Origin: an uncultured bacterium
GTDB taxonomy: Bacteria > Oederibacteriota > Muellerivitia > Muellerivitales > Muellerivitaceae
Assembly: GCA_964525605.1 (NCBI GenBank)
Contig: CAZGKT010000012.1
Coordinates: 7,771 to 71,770, forward strand
Direction of reading: 5' to 3'
DNA length: 64,000 bases
Shown here: piece by piece, positions 54,378-62,781 of the stretch
Layout of the letters: the number at the start of each line of letters is the position of its first letter
Position numbering within the stretch: position 1 is the first letter of the stretch
The notes under the pieces: generated by a model
What the model saw: the letters and a program-made list of their open reading frames with translations, nothing else
Database searches by the model: none
Told to the model about the DNA's origin: nothing
Position numbers and translations under genes: made by a program

Positions 54378-54605
54378 CTAACCCGCCAAGGTCTTGTACA
54401 TTTTCGGAAATTTCTTGAAGGACTTCGCCACAGCCGATTCAAACCTCGTTTGTTTATTCTTGTCCCCGGCGGGCGAGATGATCAGGTTCTTGCCGTCCGT
54501 GGTGACGTAAAGGGCGGATTTTTCGGTGATCTGAAGCAGATCCATGATGGGCCGTTCGATGACCAGCGCGTAGCTGTTGCCGTGTTTGGTGAGTTTCTTG
54601 ATCAT
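54378..54605 (-). CDS. AbrB/MazE-fold (SpoVT-AbrB) antitoxin
   Basis: MIKKLTKHGNSYALVIERPIMDLL (swapped-hairpin KxGNSxAVxIP-type block). 75 aa. Immediately upstream of doc. Confidence 0.7.
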   Translation of the reverse strand: MIKKLTKHGNSYALVIERPIMDLLQITEKSALYVTTDGKNLIISPAGDKNKQTRFESAVAKSFKKFPKMYKTLAG

Positions 54606-54825
54606 GTTTTTTCTCCGTTATAACTTTATATATACAATGTTATAACCCGCCTCGCGATTCGTCAAGGAATCCCGGGCATCCCCCAAAACGGGTCATTCCC
54701 GGTTGTGGACAAGTATTAAATCTCAAAAGGACCCTACGATTGTTCAAGGGGTTCTTCGGAAATGAGAGGGAGGGAAAGGACCGCCTGAAGCGATGCCGCA
54801 AAAGGCGGTCCTTTTTTTCAAACGA

Positions 54826-55965
54826 TCAATAAAAACGCAAAGTGCCGTTCAAACGCAATCCGGAAAAATCGATATAAGCCGTGGAACTGTCGTTGTTTTT
54901 GAAGGTCCCGTTAACGGATGCGCCATTGAAGGTTCCGGTGTAGGTGAGCGGCGTCATCTGCAGATAACGGTAACCGATCCCGATATCCAGCGCCCAACTC
55001 TTGTTCGCGCCCTGGAGGAACTCTCCCTCCACCGCGAACATGCCGCCAAAATTCGAGGCATCGATATCTAAGTTCCCCTCATTGAAGCCGCTGATCGCAT
55101 AGGTGGAACCCACGAGTGTGTAATAACCCCCTTCAACATGGAAGATGAGGTTCCATTTATCCTGGATCGGGATCAGGTACTTGGCGACCACGGCACCCCC
55201 GACTGCGTAGGAAGTCCAAACATAACTGTCACCTATATCATCCGTGACGGTTTCGGGGCTCTTGGCCATGCCCTGCGCCTGCAGACCCAACTGGAACGAC
55301 CGGGCCAGGGTGTAGTCGGCTCCCAGGTCCAGTTCATACCCATAGGTTGTTTGGGAACTCGTCAGGGCGGGTCCATAAAAGTCCTGGAGGTCCTGAGAGC
55401 CCCCCAGCCAACCGGCTAGGCCCAGGTTCCAGGCGATGCTTCCCTCTTTAGGCAAAGGGCTGTTATCCGTCGATACGGCGACAACAGACGTGGTGGCAGG
55501 GGTGGGAAGAGCGGGTGGGGCCGCTGACGTGTCCGCAGGCGCCGCAGCCTGCGCGGTGACACCGGCCGCGGGGGTCGTGACGGCGGCATCCGGCGGAATG
55601 GCTGGTTGGGTTGACGGTTGCGCGGGCGGAGGCGGGGCGGTTGGCGCGGTGCCCAATTCAGCTTGCAGTTTTTGCACTTCAGCGGCCACTACGGCGTTAT
55701 CCGGTTTCAAGGAGAGGCTTGTTTGATAGGCGGCCAAGGCGGCGGCTTTGTTCCCCAAAATCAATTGGCAGTTTCCAACACCTTGGAACGCTACGCCGTA
55801 ATTGGCGTTCGCGGCTGCGGCCGCCTGATAGTTCACCAGAGCGTTCTGATAATCCTTCGCCGCGTAATCCTTATTGCCTTCCAGCAGATCCTGATAGGCG
55901 GTCATCTGGGCATAAGCTCCGGAAACCGCGAAAAGGCAAAGTATCAAAAAGAGCCAACGTTTCAT
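54826..55965 (-). CDS. TPR + Ala/Pro-rich linker + beta-barrel outer-membrane protein
   Basis: Signal peptide MKRWLFLILCLFAVSGAYA (GGGAGG RBS). TPR. PTAPPPPAQPSTQPAIPP linker. Barrel ending ...LRLNGTLRFY. Confidence 0.65.
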   Translation of the reverse strand: MKRWLFLILCLFAVSGAYAQMTAYQDLLEGNKDYAAKDYQNALVNYQAAAAANANYGVAFQGVGNCQLILGNKAAALAAYQTSLSLKPDNAVVAAEVQKLQAELGTAPTAPPPPAQPSTQPAIPPDAAVTTPAAGVTAQAAAPADTSAAPPALPTPATTSVVAVSTDNSPLPKEGSIAWNLGLAGWLGGSQDLQDFYGPALTSSQTTYGYELDLGADYTLARSFQLGLQAQGMAKSPETVTDDIGDSYVWTSYAVGGAVVAKYLIPIQDKWNLIFHVEGGYYTLVGSTYAISGFNEGNLDIDASNFGGMFAVEGEFLQGANKSWALDIGIGYRYLQMTPLTYTGTFNGASVNGTFKNNDSSTAYIDFSGLRLNGTLRFY

Positions 55966-56262
55966 AAATAGCCTCCCAAGAGATATTGAATGCCCTAAAC
56001 TCTGAAACCAATTTGTCCGGATCACTTCCACTTGTCGCGCCAGACCCCATTACCCGTACCCACAACTTCCTCAAATTATATCGCTCGCTCGGCTTTTGTG
56101 ACCTTGAAGTTCATTCGGTTCTAAAAATATTCAGCCGACGATCTCTTGATACCCATACTTTTTTTGATTCCGCAGGATAGACCAGAAAGAACCGGGCGAG
56201 AAAAAATTGCCTGACAACCGGAATGAACTTAAGGTAATAACCATTACATGAGGGGGCACCCC

Positions 56263-57510
56263 ATGCGTTTTCATTGGGTCAATTTTCTTTTCCTTTTCGC
56301 GCTGTCCCTCTTGCGAGGCCCCGCCGCATTCGCCCAGCCAGCCGAACCTTCCCCTCAGGATCTTTATTATCGAGCGGTGACCTTTTTCAACTCCCAGGAT
56401 TACAACTCCGCCCTGCCTCTGTTCAATCTGGTCATCCAATCCGACCCGTCGAACTATTTGGCCTACTATTACCTTGGCACCTGCCAGGGCAAGACCGGGG
56501 ATGTGAAAGACCAGGTTTTAAACTATGACCTATCGGACCACCTGCATCCCTATCCCGCGCTCAAGGCCTACGCGGATAAGTTGAAAAACAACCTGCCGAT
56601 CGAAGATCAGGAATGGGTGGAATCCCATTTAGCCCAAACTCCCGCCACCCCCACACCCGAACCGTTACAACCCTTGGGCCCCGCGAAGGATACGGGTTTC
56701 GGGGTCCGCTTTTCCACCAGCCTGTCTCTCTACAACCTGGCGGATTTAAATACCGAGATTGGTTTTGTTCAGCAGGAAGTTCAAGGCTGGGAGGCGGCCA
56801 ACCCCGGCGATGGTTATCAAACACAAACCTCCCTCAGCACGACGGATATTGGTTTTGAAATCAATCCGTTTTTGCCCATCGGGTCCCAGATGGAGGCAGG
56901 GTTTTCATTCACCGCTTGGCCTGCCGCCGCCGGCGCTTCCTACGAAATCACCGCCGGAAACGCCCCAAGCTATTTTGTCCGCAGCCAGTGGTCCCTCAAC
57001 ACCTTCAGTCTCGATTTGAAGGGCCGGGCCTACATCGGCGAACCCGCGGTAAGAGGGATTCGATTTTTTGTGGAACCATCCTTAGGGATTCAGCCCATCA
57101 ATGTCCAATTATTCAAAACCTATCAGGACACCACCGACACCCCCTCCTCCAACCAGGTCGGATATAACGTATCGGCGGTCGGCGCCAACGCCGCCCTGAA
57201 ACTGGGGGCGGTGTTTATGCCCGCTCCCCATGCCCAGGTTTCCATGAGCGCGGGCTGGCAATATGCCGCCGCCGCAGGCTTCAACGGCACCTATTCGGAT
57301 TCGGGCGTGCCCGCCATGAACGGCGCGGCAGGGTCAGTGCAGATGTACACCAACCCCGCCACCCATCAGCAATACCTTTTCTTCATGCCCAGCGACACCG
57401 CTCAATACACCAACTTCGGGGTCAACAGCCAGACCCAGAATTATTCACGGGCTTTGAATATTGATTTTGGGGGCTTAATCTTGAGCCTCGACGCCAGCTA
57501 CAGTTTTTAA
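56263..57510 (+). CDS. TPR + linker + beta-barrel outer-membrane protein (paralog-like partner of 54826..55965)
   Basis: Signal peptide MRFHWVNFLFLFALSLLRGPAAFA (GAGGGGG RBS; track ORF from 56248). TPR. PATPTPEPLQP linker. Barrel ending ...LSLDASYSF. Confidence 0.65.
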   Translation: MRFHWVNFLFLFALSLLRGPAAFAQPAEPSPQDLYYRAVTFFNSQDYNSALPLFNLVIQSDPSNYLAYYYLGTCQGKTGDVKDQVLNYDLSDHLHPYPALKAYADKLKNNLPIEDQEWVESHLAQTPATPTPEPLQPLGPAKDTGFGVRFSTSLSLYNLADLNTEIGFVQQEVQGWEAANPGDGYQTQTSLSTTDIGFEINPFLPIGSQMEAGFSFTAWPAAAGASYEITAGNAPSYFVRSQWSLNTFSLDLKGRAYIGEPAVRGIRFFVEPSLGIQPINVQLFKTYQDTTDTPSSNQVGYNVSAVGANAALKLGAVFMPAPHAQVSMSAGWQYAAAAGFNGTYSDSGVPAMNGAAGSVQMYTNPATHQQYLFFMPSDTAQYTNFGVNSQTQNYSRALNIDFGGLILSLDASYSF

Positions 57511-57563
57511 GAAGGTTGGTCGATTCGCATCATCAAGCGGGCAAGCGAAACCCAACGTCGCCC

Positions 57564-58049
57564 TTAGTGGGCAACGGCCCGCAGGTCGGGGGTTTGGGTT
57601 CCGTATTGGGAAGTTCTTAAATCCACGTCTTCCGTCGGGCTTTGCTTGAAAAGCCGGTAGGCGGTGGCATGGCTGGTGTAGTAGAGGAAGCCGTAATCCA
57701 TCTTGTTGATCCCCACCGATTCAAAGACCACCGCGTTGGCCCCGTTCTCAGCGGCCTTCTCCTGAAATTGCGAGCAAAGCTTTTCGGCGGACCATTGGGA
57801 ATCCTGGGGGGTCATAAGGGTACAGACGGGGACCGCTTGAAGATCGGGGGGAAAGGCTTCTTTGGATCGGAAAAAATAGACTTCCTGGGCTTTGAGCGCG
57901 GGATAGTCGCCCTGGCCATCCAGCTTTTGAACGACGGCCGGGTATTGATAAAGGGAAACCACGCAACCGCCCCCTCCCAACATCGAGAGGGTCAACAAAA
58001 GAAAAGCGAAAAAATTGAGAGGCCCGGCGGTTCGAACCCCTCGGTTCAT
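57564..58049 (-). CDS. Hypothetical lipoprotein
   Basis: Lipobox MLGGGGC after FFAFLLLTLS. 161 aa. Confidence 0.5.
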   Translation of the reverse strand: MNRGVRTAGPLNFFAFLLLTLSMLGGGGCVVSLYQYPAVVQKLDGQGDYPALKAQEVYFFRSKEAFPPDLQAVPVCTLMTPQDSQWSAEKLCSQFQEKAAENGANAVVFESVGINKMDYGFLYYTSHATAYRLFKQSPTEDVDLRTSQYGTQTPDLRAVAH

Positions 58050-58053
58050 TGGT

Positions 58054-58650
58054 TTAAAAAAGTTTTCGGTTCCAGAAACGCGGTTTTTTAGCTTTTCTCA
58101 AATGTTTCTGGCCCGTGAACCCGCTCACGGGGGAAAGCCCACCCACCGGGGGTTGAGGTTGGTGGGAGTCTTCTTTTATTTCCAGATACCGGAAATAACC
58201 CCACACACCCGCCACGATCAGAATAATCAGGATGAGAATCCAAAGCAGCCAATTGGTTCCCCGTTTGGGTTTGGGAGCTACGGTGGCATCCACGGGGGGC
58301 ATCGGTTGAGAAACGATGGGCGTCGGAACGACCGTGGGGGTCGCCTGAACTTGGGCCGCAACGACCGTCGGCGTGGGCGTGACCTCAACGGGTAGGGCTT
58401 TGGCCACATGGTGATGGTGGATACGGACAGGCTGTTCCGCCTGTGGGGTGACGGCCGCTATTGCCTCAGGGGTGGGTTGGTCCGTCGGGGTGGCATCCGG
58501 GTTTAAAACGGTTTCCGGGGCCTTTTGGTTTCTGACTTCACTATTCCCACAAGCGGTCACGAATAAGCCGCAAAGAACCAGCAGAAAACCAAAGGCGATG
58601 GTTGTACCGTAGCGTTTCAAAGTTGCCTCCCAAGGATTGACCCTAAGCAT
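58054..58650 (-). CDS. Pro/Thr-rich lipoprotein with C-terminal TM anchor and His4 run
   Basis: Lipobox LFVTACG. PTDQPTPEAIAAVTPQAEQPVRIHHHH. C-terminal WLLWILILIILIVAGVWGYF TM helix. Confidence 0.5.
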   Translation of the reverse strand: MLRVNPWEATLKRYGTTIAFGFLLVLCGLFVTACGNSEVRNQKAPETVLNPDATPTDQPTPEAIAAVTPQAEQPVRIHHHHVAKALPVEVTPTPTVVAAQVQATPTVVPTPIVSQPMPPVDATVAPKPKRGTNWLLWILILIILIVAGVWGYFRYLEIKEDSHQPQPPVGGLSPVSGFTGQKHLRKAKKPRFWNRKLF

Positions 58651-59006
58651 TATATAGGATTTGTTGAGGATTATTCAAAAAGCAAGGTACATGCCAAACC
58701 CAAAACACCTTAAATCCTTTAATGGAGGTAAAAGCCAATCCGCAATCGATCAAATGGAGAAGGAGGGTCTAAATCCGGAATTAGTTGATGTAACCCTATT
58801 TTTTGTCGGTTCAACGATAAATGGGGTCAATGGATGGGGAGTGGGGTGAATAATTTCTTTTCAAATTTGACCCTGCTTGCGCGGTCCTATTTCACAAGTT
58901 TATTTCCCTTAAACGACGCCGGGTTCGATGGGGAGAGTGCATGGTTCGGAATTTCTTTTCCACCTGGGTCAAAGCAACCGGCCTCGAGAGTCTGGTTTTT
59001 CGCCCC

Positions 59007-60065
59007 TTAAGGCGTTTCCCAGACGTCGTTGAAGTTGGTTGGGTCCCAGCCGCCCAGGATCATCAACTCATTGTTGAACACCACCGAGGAAAGGTTGTTG
59101 CGGGCCGTGAAAGCCGCGCGGGAGGCGGCTTGGGTCCAATGGGCCCCATCCGAGGAGTACCAGGCGTCGTTGAGGTCTCCCCCCGTGCCGATACCCCCGA
59201 CCACCCACATCAGGTTGTCGTAAACCGCGCTGGCGAAATAAGCGCGGGGGCTGAACTGGGACACGGACCCGGAGGCGGAATAGGTCAAAACCTTGGACCA
59301 GGTCGCCCCGTCGGGCGAAGACCACACATCGTTGGAATAGCCGGGGCCGCTCGCGGTTCCGCCGATCACCCATATCAAGTTGTTGTAAACCAGCCCTCCC
59401 TGCCCCTCCCTGGCTCCGAAGGCCGCGCTGGTCGTGGCCGCGGTCCAGGTTACCCCGTTGGAAGAATACCAGGCGTCGGCATTGTAGGTACCGGCAATCA
59501 CCCACATGAGATTTTTGAAAACCACGGCGGAGGCGTAGTCCCTTTGGGAGAACTGCGTGGTGCCGCCGGAAGCGTTGTTGGTGACGGCCATGGTCCAGGT
59601 GGCCCCATCCGGCGAGGACCAGACGTCGTTGAGCCAACTGCCGTTGTAACCCCCGAAAACCCACATCAGGTTGTCGTAAACCACCGAGGCGTGGCCTTGG
59701 CGTTGACCGAACTGGGTGGTGGCGGGAGAGGAGTTGTTGGCCAACTGCTGGGTCCAAACCGAACCGTTGGTGGAATACCACACGTCGTTGAGGTCGCCGC
59801 TGTTGCCGCTCCCGCCGATCACCCAGGCCCGGTTGTCGAACACCAGGGACGTTTGCGCATCGCGGACCGTGAAGCTGTTGGCGGCCCCGTTATCGATCTC
59901 AAACCACGCGGCGCCCGTGCTAGGGTTCATGGTCGCCGTGGGCGTAGCTTGGCCCGCGGGGGCGGTGGGCGATGCGGCCGGATTGTTCCCACAGGAAGCG
60001 CAGAAGAAACCCAGCCCTAACGCGAAAAATAAACCCGCCCAATATTTCTCGAATCCCCGGATCAT
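59007..60065 (-). CDS. Kelch-repeat beta-propeller lipoprotein
   Basis: Lipobox FFCASCG. Six repeats of the form (N)LMWV(I/F)GG...LNDVWSS(P/N)DG(A/V)TW. Confidence 0.75.
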   Translation of the reverse strand: MIRGFEKYWAGLFFALGLGFFCASCGNNPAASPTAPAGQATPTATMNPSTGAAWFEIDNGAANSFTVRDAQTSLVFDNRAWVIGGSGNSGDLNDVWYSTNGSVWTQQLANNSSPATTQFGQRQGHASVVYDNLMWVFGGYNGSWLNDVWSSPDGATWTMAVTNNASGGTTQFSQRDYASAVVFKNLMWVIAGTYNADAWYSSNGVTWTAATTSAAFGAREGQGGLVYNNLIWVIGGTASGPGYSNDVWSSPDGATWSKVLTYSASGSVSQFSPRAYFASAVYDNLMWVVGGIGTGGDLNDAWYSSDGAHWTQAASRAAFTARNNLSSVVFNNELMILGGWDPTNFNDVWETP

Positions 60066-60306
60066 AAAACACGCTCCCCGTGCCTATTTCCAACGTGGGC
60101 GTATTGTGAAGGAAGTTCCGGGAACTTTGAAAGGGCCGGGGGTGTTAAAAAAAGGTTAAGGCTTAACCCTACAAAAGCCAGGATCGATTGAGGTGAAGGA
60201 TGACCATAAAACCCCGGCAAGGGGCTAGGTTTTCGTACTCTTCTTCCCCAAAATAAACCCTTCAACCACCGCGCTTTTGATCGAAAGTACACCAAGGAGA
60301 GACCCC

Positions 60307-60975
60307 ATGGATGTGACCCAAGCTTTGAAAAGCCGATATACCTGCCGAGGCTTTAAACCAAACCCGGTGCCGAAAGAAACGCTGACTGAAATACTTGAGG
60401 CCGCCAACCGCGCGCCCTCCTGGGCCGATACCCAGCCTTGGGAAGTCTATGTCGCATCAGGCGATGCCTTGGAAAGGCTCCGCAAGGCCCATCTGGATAT
60501 TTTCGCCACGGGAGCCGCCCCCCACCCGGATCTTCCCGCCCCCGCCCAATGGCCCCCGGCCCTGAAAAAGCGCATGGATGACCTGTTGGCCCTTCATAAG
60601 AAGGAAGCCCAAGACCATCCCGAGCACAAGAACAACCCCGAAGCTTATCTGGTGCGCCAGATGAATTTCTTCAAAGCGCCCGTGGTGATTTACCTTTGCC
60701 TGGACCGCACGCTAAGCCCCTGGTCCATTTTCGATATGGGTTTTTATGCCCAAAGCCTGCTTCTCGCCGCCAAGGAAAGGGGTTTAGACACCGCCGGTTC
60801 CTACCGCTTGGTTTCGTATCCTGAACTGATCCGCAGTGAAATGGGGATTCCAGAGAACCTTTCGATCCTCTTCGGGATCGCCTTGGGCTACGCCACCGAA
60901 CATTCCCAAACCACAAGGTTCGAAAGCCCCCGAAGGCCCATCAAAGAGGTTGTGAAGTGGAAGGGGTTTGAGTGA
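60307..60975 (+). CDS. Nitroreductase-family FMN oxidoreductase
   Basis: MDVTQALKSRYTCRGFKPNPVPKETLTEILEAANRAPSWADTQPW (nitroreductase N-block). Track ORF from TTG 60277. Confidence 0.85.
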   Translation: MDVTQALKSRYTCRGFKPNPVPKETLTEILEAANRAPSWADTQPWEVYVASGDALERLRKAHLDIFATGAAPHPDLPAPAQWPPALKKRMDDLLALHKKEAQDHPEHKNNPEAYLVRQMNFFKAPVVIYLCLDRTLSPWSIFDMGFYAQSLLLAAKERGLDTAGSYRLVSYPELIRSEMGIPENLSILFGIALGYATEHSQTTRFESPRRPIKEVVKWKGFE

Positions 60976-60990
60976 AGGGCGGTCGTTCAA

Positions 60991-61062
60991 ATGAAGGATG
61001 CGACGATTGAATTGAAGAATGACCAGAAGACCAAATTCTTGAAAGTCATCTTAGGCTTATAA
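60991..61062 (+). pseudogene. Remnant duplicate of the last 23 codons of the cyclic-glucan synthase gene
   Basis: MKDATIELKNDQKTKFLKVILGL* vs cgs C-terminus TKDAAIDLKDDRKTHFVKVILGP*. Similarity continues past the stop (acaaagtggat). Starts the AT-rich islet. Confidence 0.6.
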
Positions 61063-61755
61063 ATCTACCGCTTCACAAAGTGGATAATGGTGGCCAGGCA
61101 CCTTTTTGCTCGGTTCTATTTTATGGCCAGGAGTTAAATAAATATTATTTCCTGGCGTAGAGATAAATTGAACAGGTTTATCTTTCATAGTTTTTTTATG
61201 GGGAATTACAGAACCAATTGATTTTTGACTTTCATCACCAGAAGCGCCTACTGATACAACCCCAAAATAATATTTTTTACCATTCTGCAAAACGCCAATG
61301 GTGATTTTACTTTTTTTAAATGGTTTTCTTATTCGTCTAGTAAAATTAATTCCATTGGTAGAGAAATACAGAACATATCCAATCGCATTTGGCATTGAAT
61401 CCCACGTTAAATTTGCAGATCCATTTTCTGCTTCAATATTGAAATGTGTTGGTGGTATTGGTTTTTTTTCTCGATTATGTGGTTTCGCGACCCCGTGGAC
61501 ACTTGGTGTACTTTCTATAGCTTCGTCTAATTCAATGTGCCGTCCACCCGGGACTGCTTTTTTAAAATATTCTTCTTGGGACCATGTTGGTGTTGGAGTA
61601 AGTTCATCAGAGAAAGCTGATTTTGGTAAAATTCCAAAATATTCAATAAGCAAAAAAATAAAAGCCAGAAATGATAAAAACCAGTTTTTGCAAAAAAGGG
61701 ATAGTGCCGAAAACGGGAAATATGCTTCTTTGCGATGAATGAATTTTTTTTTCAT
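61057..61755 (-). CDS. Membrane-anchored FN3-like-domain protein (AT-rich islet paralog A)
   Basis: N-terminal hydrophobic anchor FLSFLAFIFLLIEYFGIL. FN3-like PTHFNIEAENGSANLTWDSMPNAIGYVLYFSTNG...YYFGVVSVGASG. Confidence 0.6.
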   Translation of the reverse strand: MKKKFIHRKEAYFPFSALSLFCKNWFLSFLAFIFLLIEYFGILPKSAFSDELTPTPTWSQEEYFKKAVPGGRHIELDEAIESTPSVHGVAKPHNREKKPIPPTHFNIEAENGSANLTWDSMPNAIGYVLYFSTNGINFTRRIRKPFKKSKITIGVLQNGKKYYFGVVSVGASGDESQKSIGSVIPHKKTMKDKPVQFISTPGNNIYLTPGHKIEPSKKVPGHHYPLCEAVDL

Positions 61756-61787
61756 AAAAACCTCTGAAATCCCGTACTAAAGATATT

Positions 61788-61825
61788 GTTGCATACCATC
61801 CTTTTTAAAACACCCATGTGCAGGA
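61788..61825. repeat. 38-bp perfect direct repeat, copy 1 (gttgcataccatcctttttaaaacacccatgtgcagga)
   Basis: Identical 38-mer at ~62533..62570. Flanking 20 nt also similar (tttttcaacgt / tttttcaatgt). Confidence 0.8.
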
Positions 61826-62011
61826 ATATTGTGTAAATTTTTCAACGTAATGCTAAACCATGATATTGGTCATAGGGGGAGCTGGGGTTGAAAGGGGTAT
61901 TGTGTGCCAATATTTAGACGCAATTGGTTCCCCGTAAAGGGGGGGCTTATTCACCCCAAACCCAAATTTTTTTCCGCTAATAAGTTTAAATTCTGTTAAG
62001 GGGTGTTATAG

Positions 62012-62524
62012 ATGAAAAATCAAAAATTCGTAGTTGTGTTCAAATTTTTATTTTTTTTTCCTATTTTTGTCTGGTTCACTTTTATAAATGTAAGCCATGC
62101 CCAATTGATTGAGTCAACACCATCAGTGGACAACCCTCCTGAAAGTCAACACGATTACGGCCAATGGTTAGATAAACAAGCAAAAAACCAAAAAGAAATC
62201 GGAACACCTGCAGCCCTCTACAAACTTTCGCCAATGCCAGATTCTCCAACGAATTTAAAAATTGAGGCTGGCAATGGTTTAGCACTTTTAAAATGGGACA
62301 AGATGCCTAATGCGATCGCTTATCTTATTTATATTTCTAATGATGGGAAAACTTTTAAAAAGCGATTTAAAAAACCAGTTAAAACAACCAAAATTGAAAT
62401 TGGATTATTGGAAAACGATCAAACTTATTACTTCGGGATTACATCAATCGCGCATTATGGGAAAGAAAGCAAAATGGCTGTCCAAACTGTCACGCCCAGA
62501 AAAGGTTTAAGGTTTAAAGAGTAA
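62012..62524 (+). CDS. Secreted FN3-like-domain protein (AT-rich islet paralog B)
   Basis: Signal peptide FLFFFPIFVWFTFINVSHA. Shares IESTPSV and FN3-like block PTNLKIEAGNGLALLKWDKMPNAIAYLIYISNDG...YYFGITSIAHYG with 61057..61755. Confidence 0.6.
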   Translation: MKNQKFVVVFKFLFFFPIFVWFTFINVSHAQLIESTPSVDNPPESQHDYGQWLDKQAKNQKEIGTPAALYKLSPMPDSPTNLKIEAGNGLALLKWDKMPNAIAYLIYISNDGKTFKKRFKKPVKTTKIEIGLLENDQTYYFGITSIAHYGKESKMAVQTVTPRKGLRFKE

Positions 62525-62532
62525 GATTTTCC

Positions 62533-62570
62533 GTTGCATACCATCCTTTTTAAAACACCCATGTGCAGGA
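62533..62570. repeat. 38-bp perfect direct repeat, copy 2
   Basis: Same 38-mer as 61788..61825, 8 nt after stop of 62012..62524. Confidence 0.8.
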
Positions 62571-62647
62571 GCCCGTATTTATTAGTATTTTTCAATGTTC
62601 CGCCGAATTCGTCTGGATTTGAATAAGCTCAAATGCAGTGTGATCGG

Positions 62648-62722
62648 GGTCGGTCATCAATTATTAATATACTAAAATTCGTTCATCCTTCGTGAATGGA
62701 GTCGGTCATTATTTATTAATAT
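62648..62722. repeat. Two 23-nt direct repeats GGTCGGTCAT(C/T)A(A/T)TTATTAATAT separated by ~30 nt
   Basis: Copies at ~62648..62670 and ~62700..62722 (20/23 identical), each containing palindromic TATTAATA. In the convergent gap between FN3 gene B and the TM-cyclase gene. Confidence 0.6.
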
Positions 62723-62781
62723 TTCCCAAATCCAAATCCGCCCTTATTCGCCGAAACTTCAAGCAAAATCCCACTGTTCCT

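Noticed and set aside
58020-58040. GGTTCGAACCC, a tRNA T-loop-like string
   Set aside because: It lies inside the lipoprotein CDS. It has no complementary T-stem or acceptor stem, so it is not a tRNA.
58661-58849. 62-aa plus-strand ORF in the Kelch/lipoprotein intergenic gap
   Set aside because: It lies on the opposite strand to both flanking genes in what should be their terminator/promoter region. There is no supporting signal.
58941-60020. 359-aa plus-strand ORF
   Set aside because: It is antisense to the Kelch-repeat lipoprotein. It is a poly-G/R/P product with no start context.
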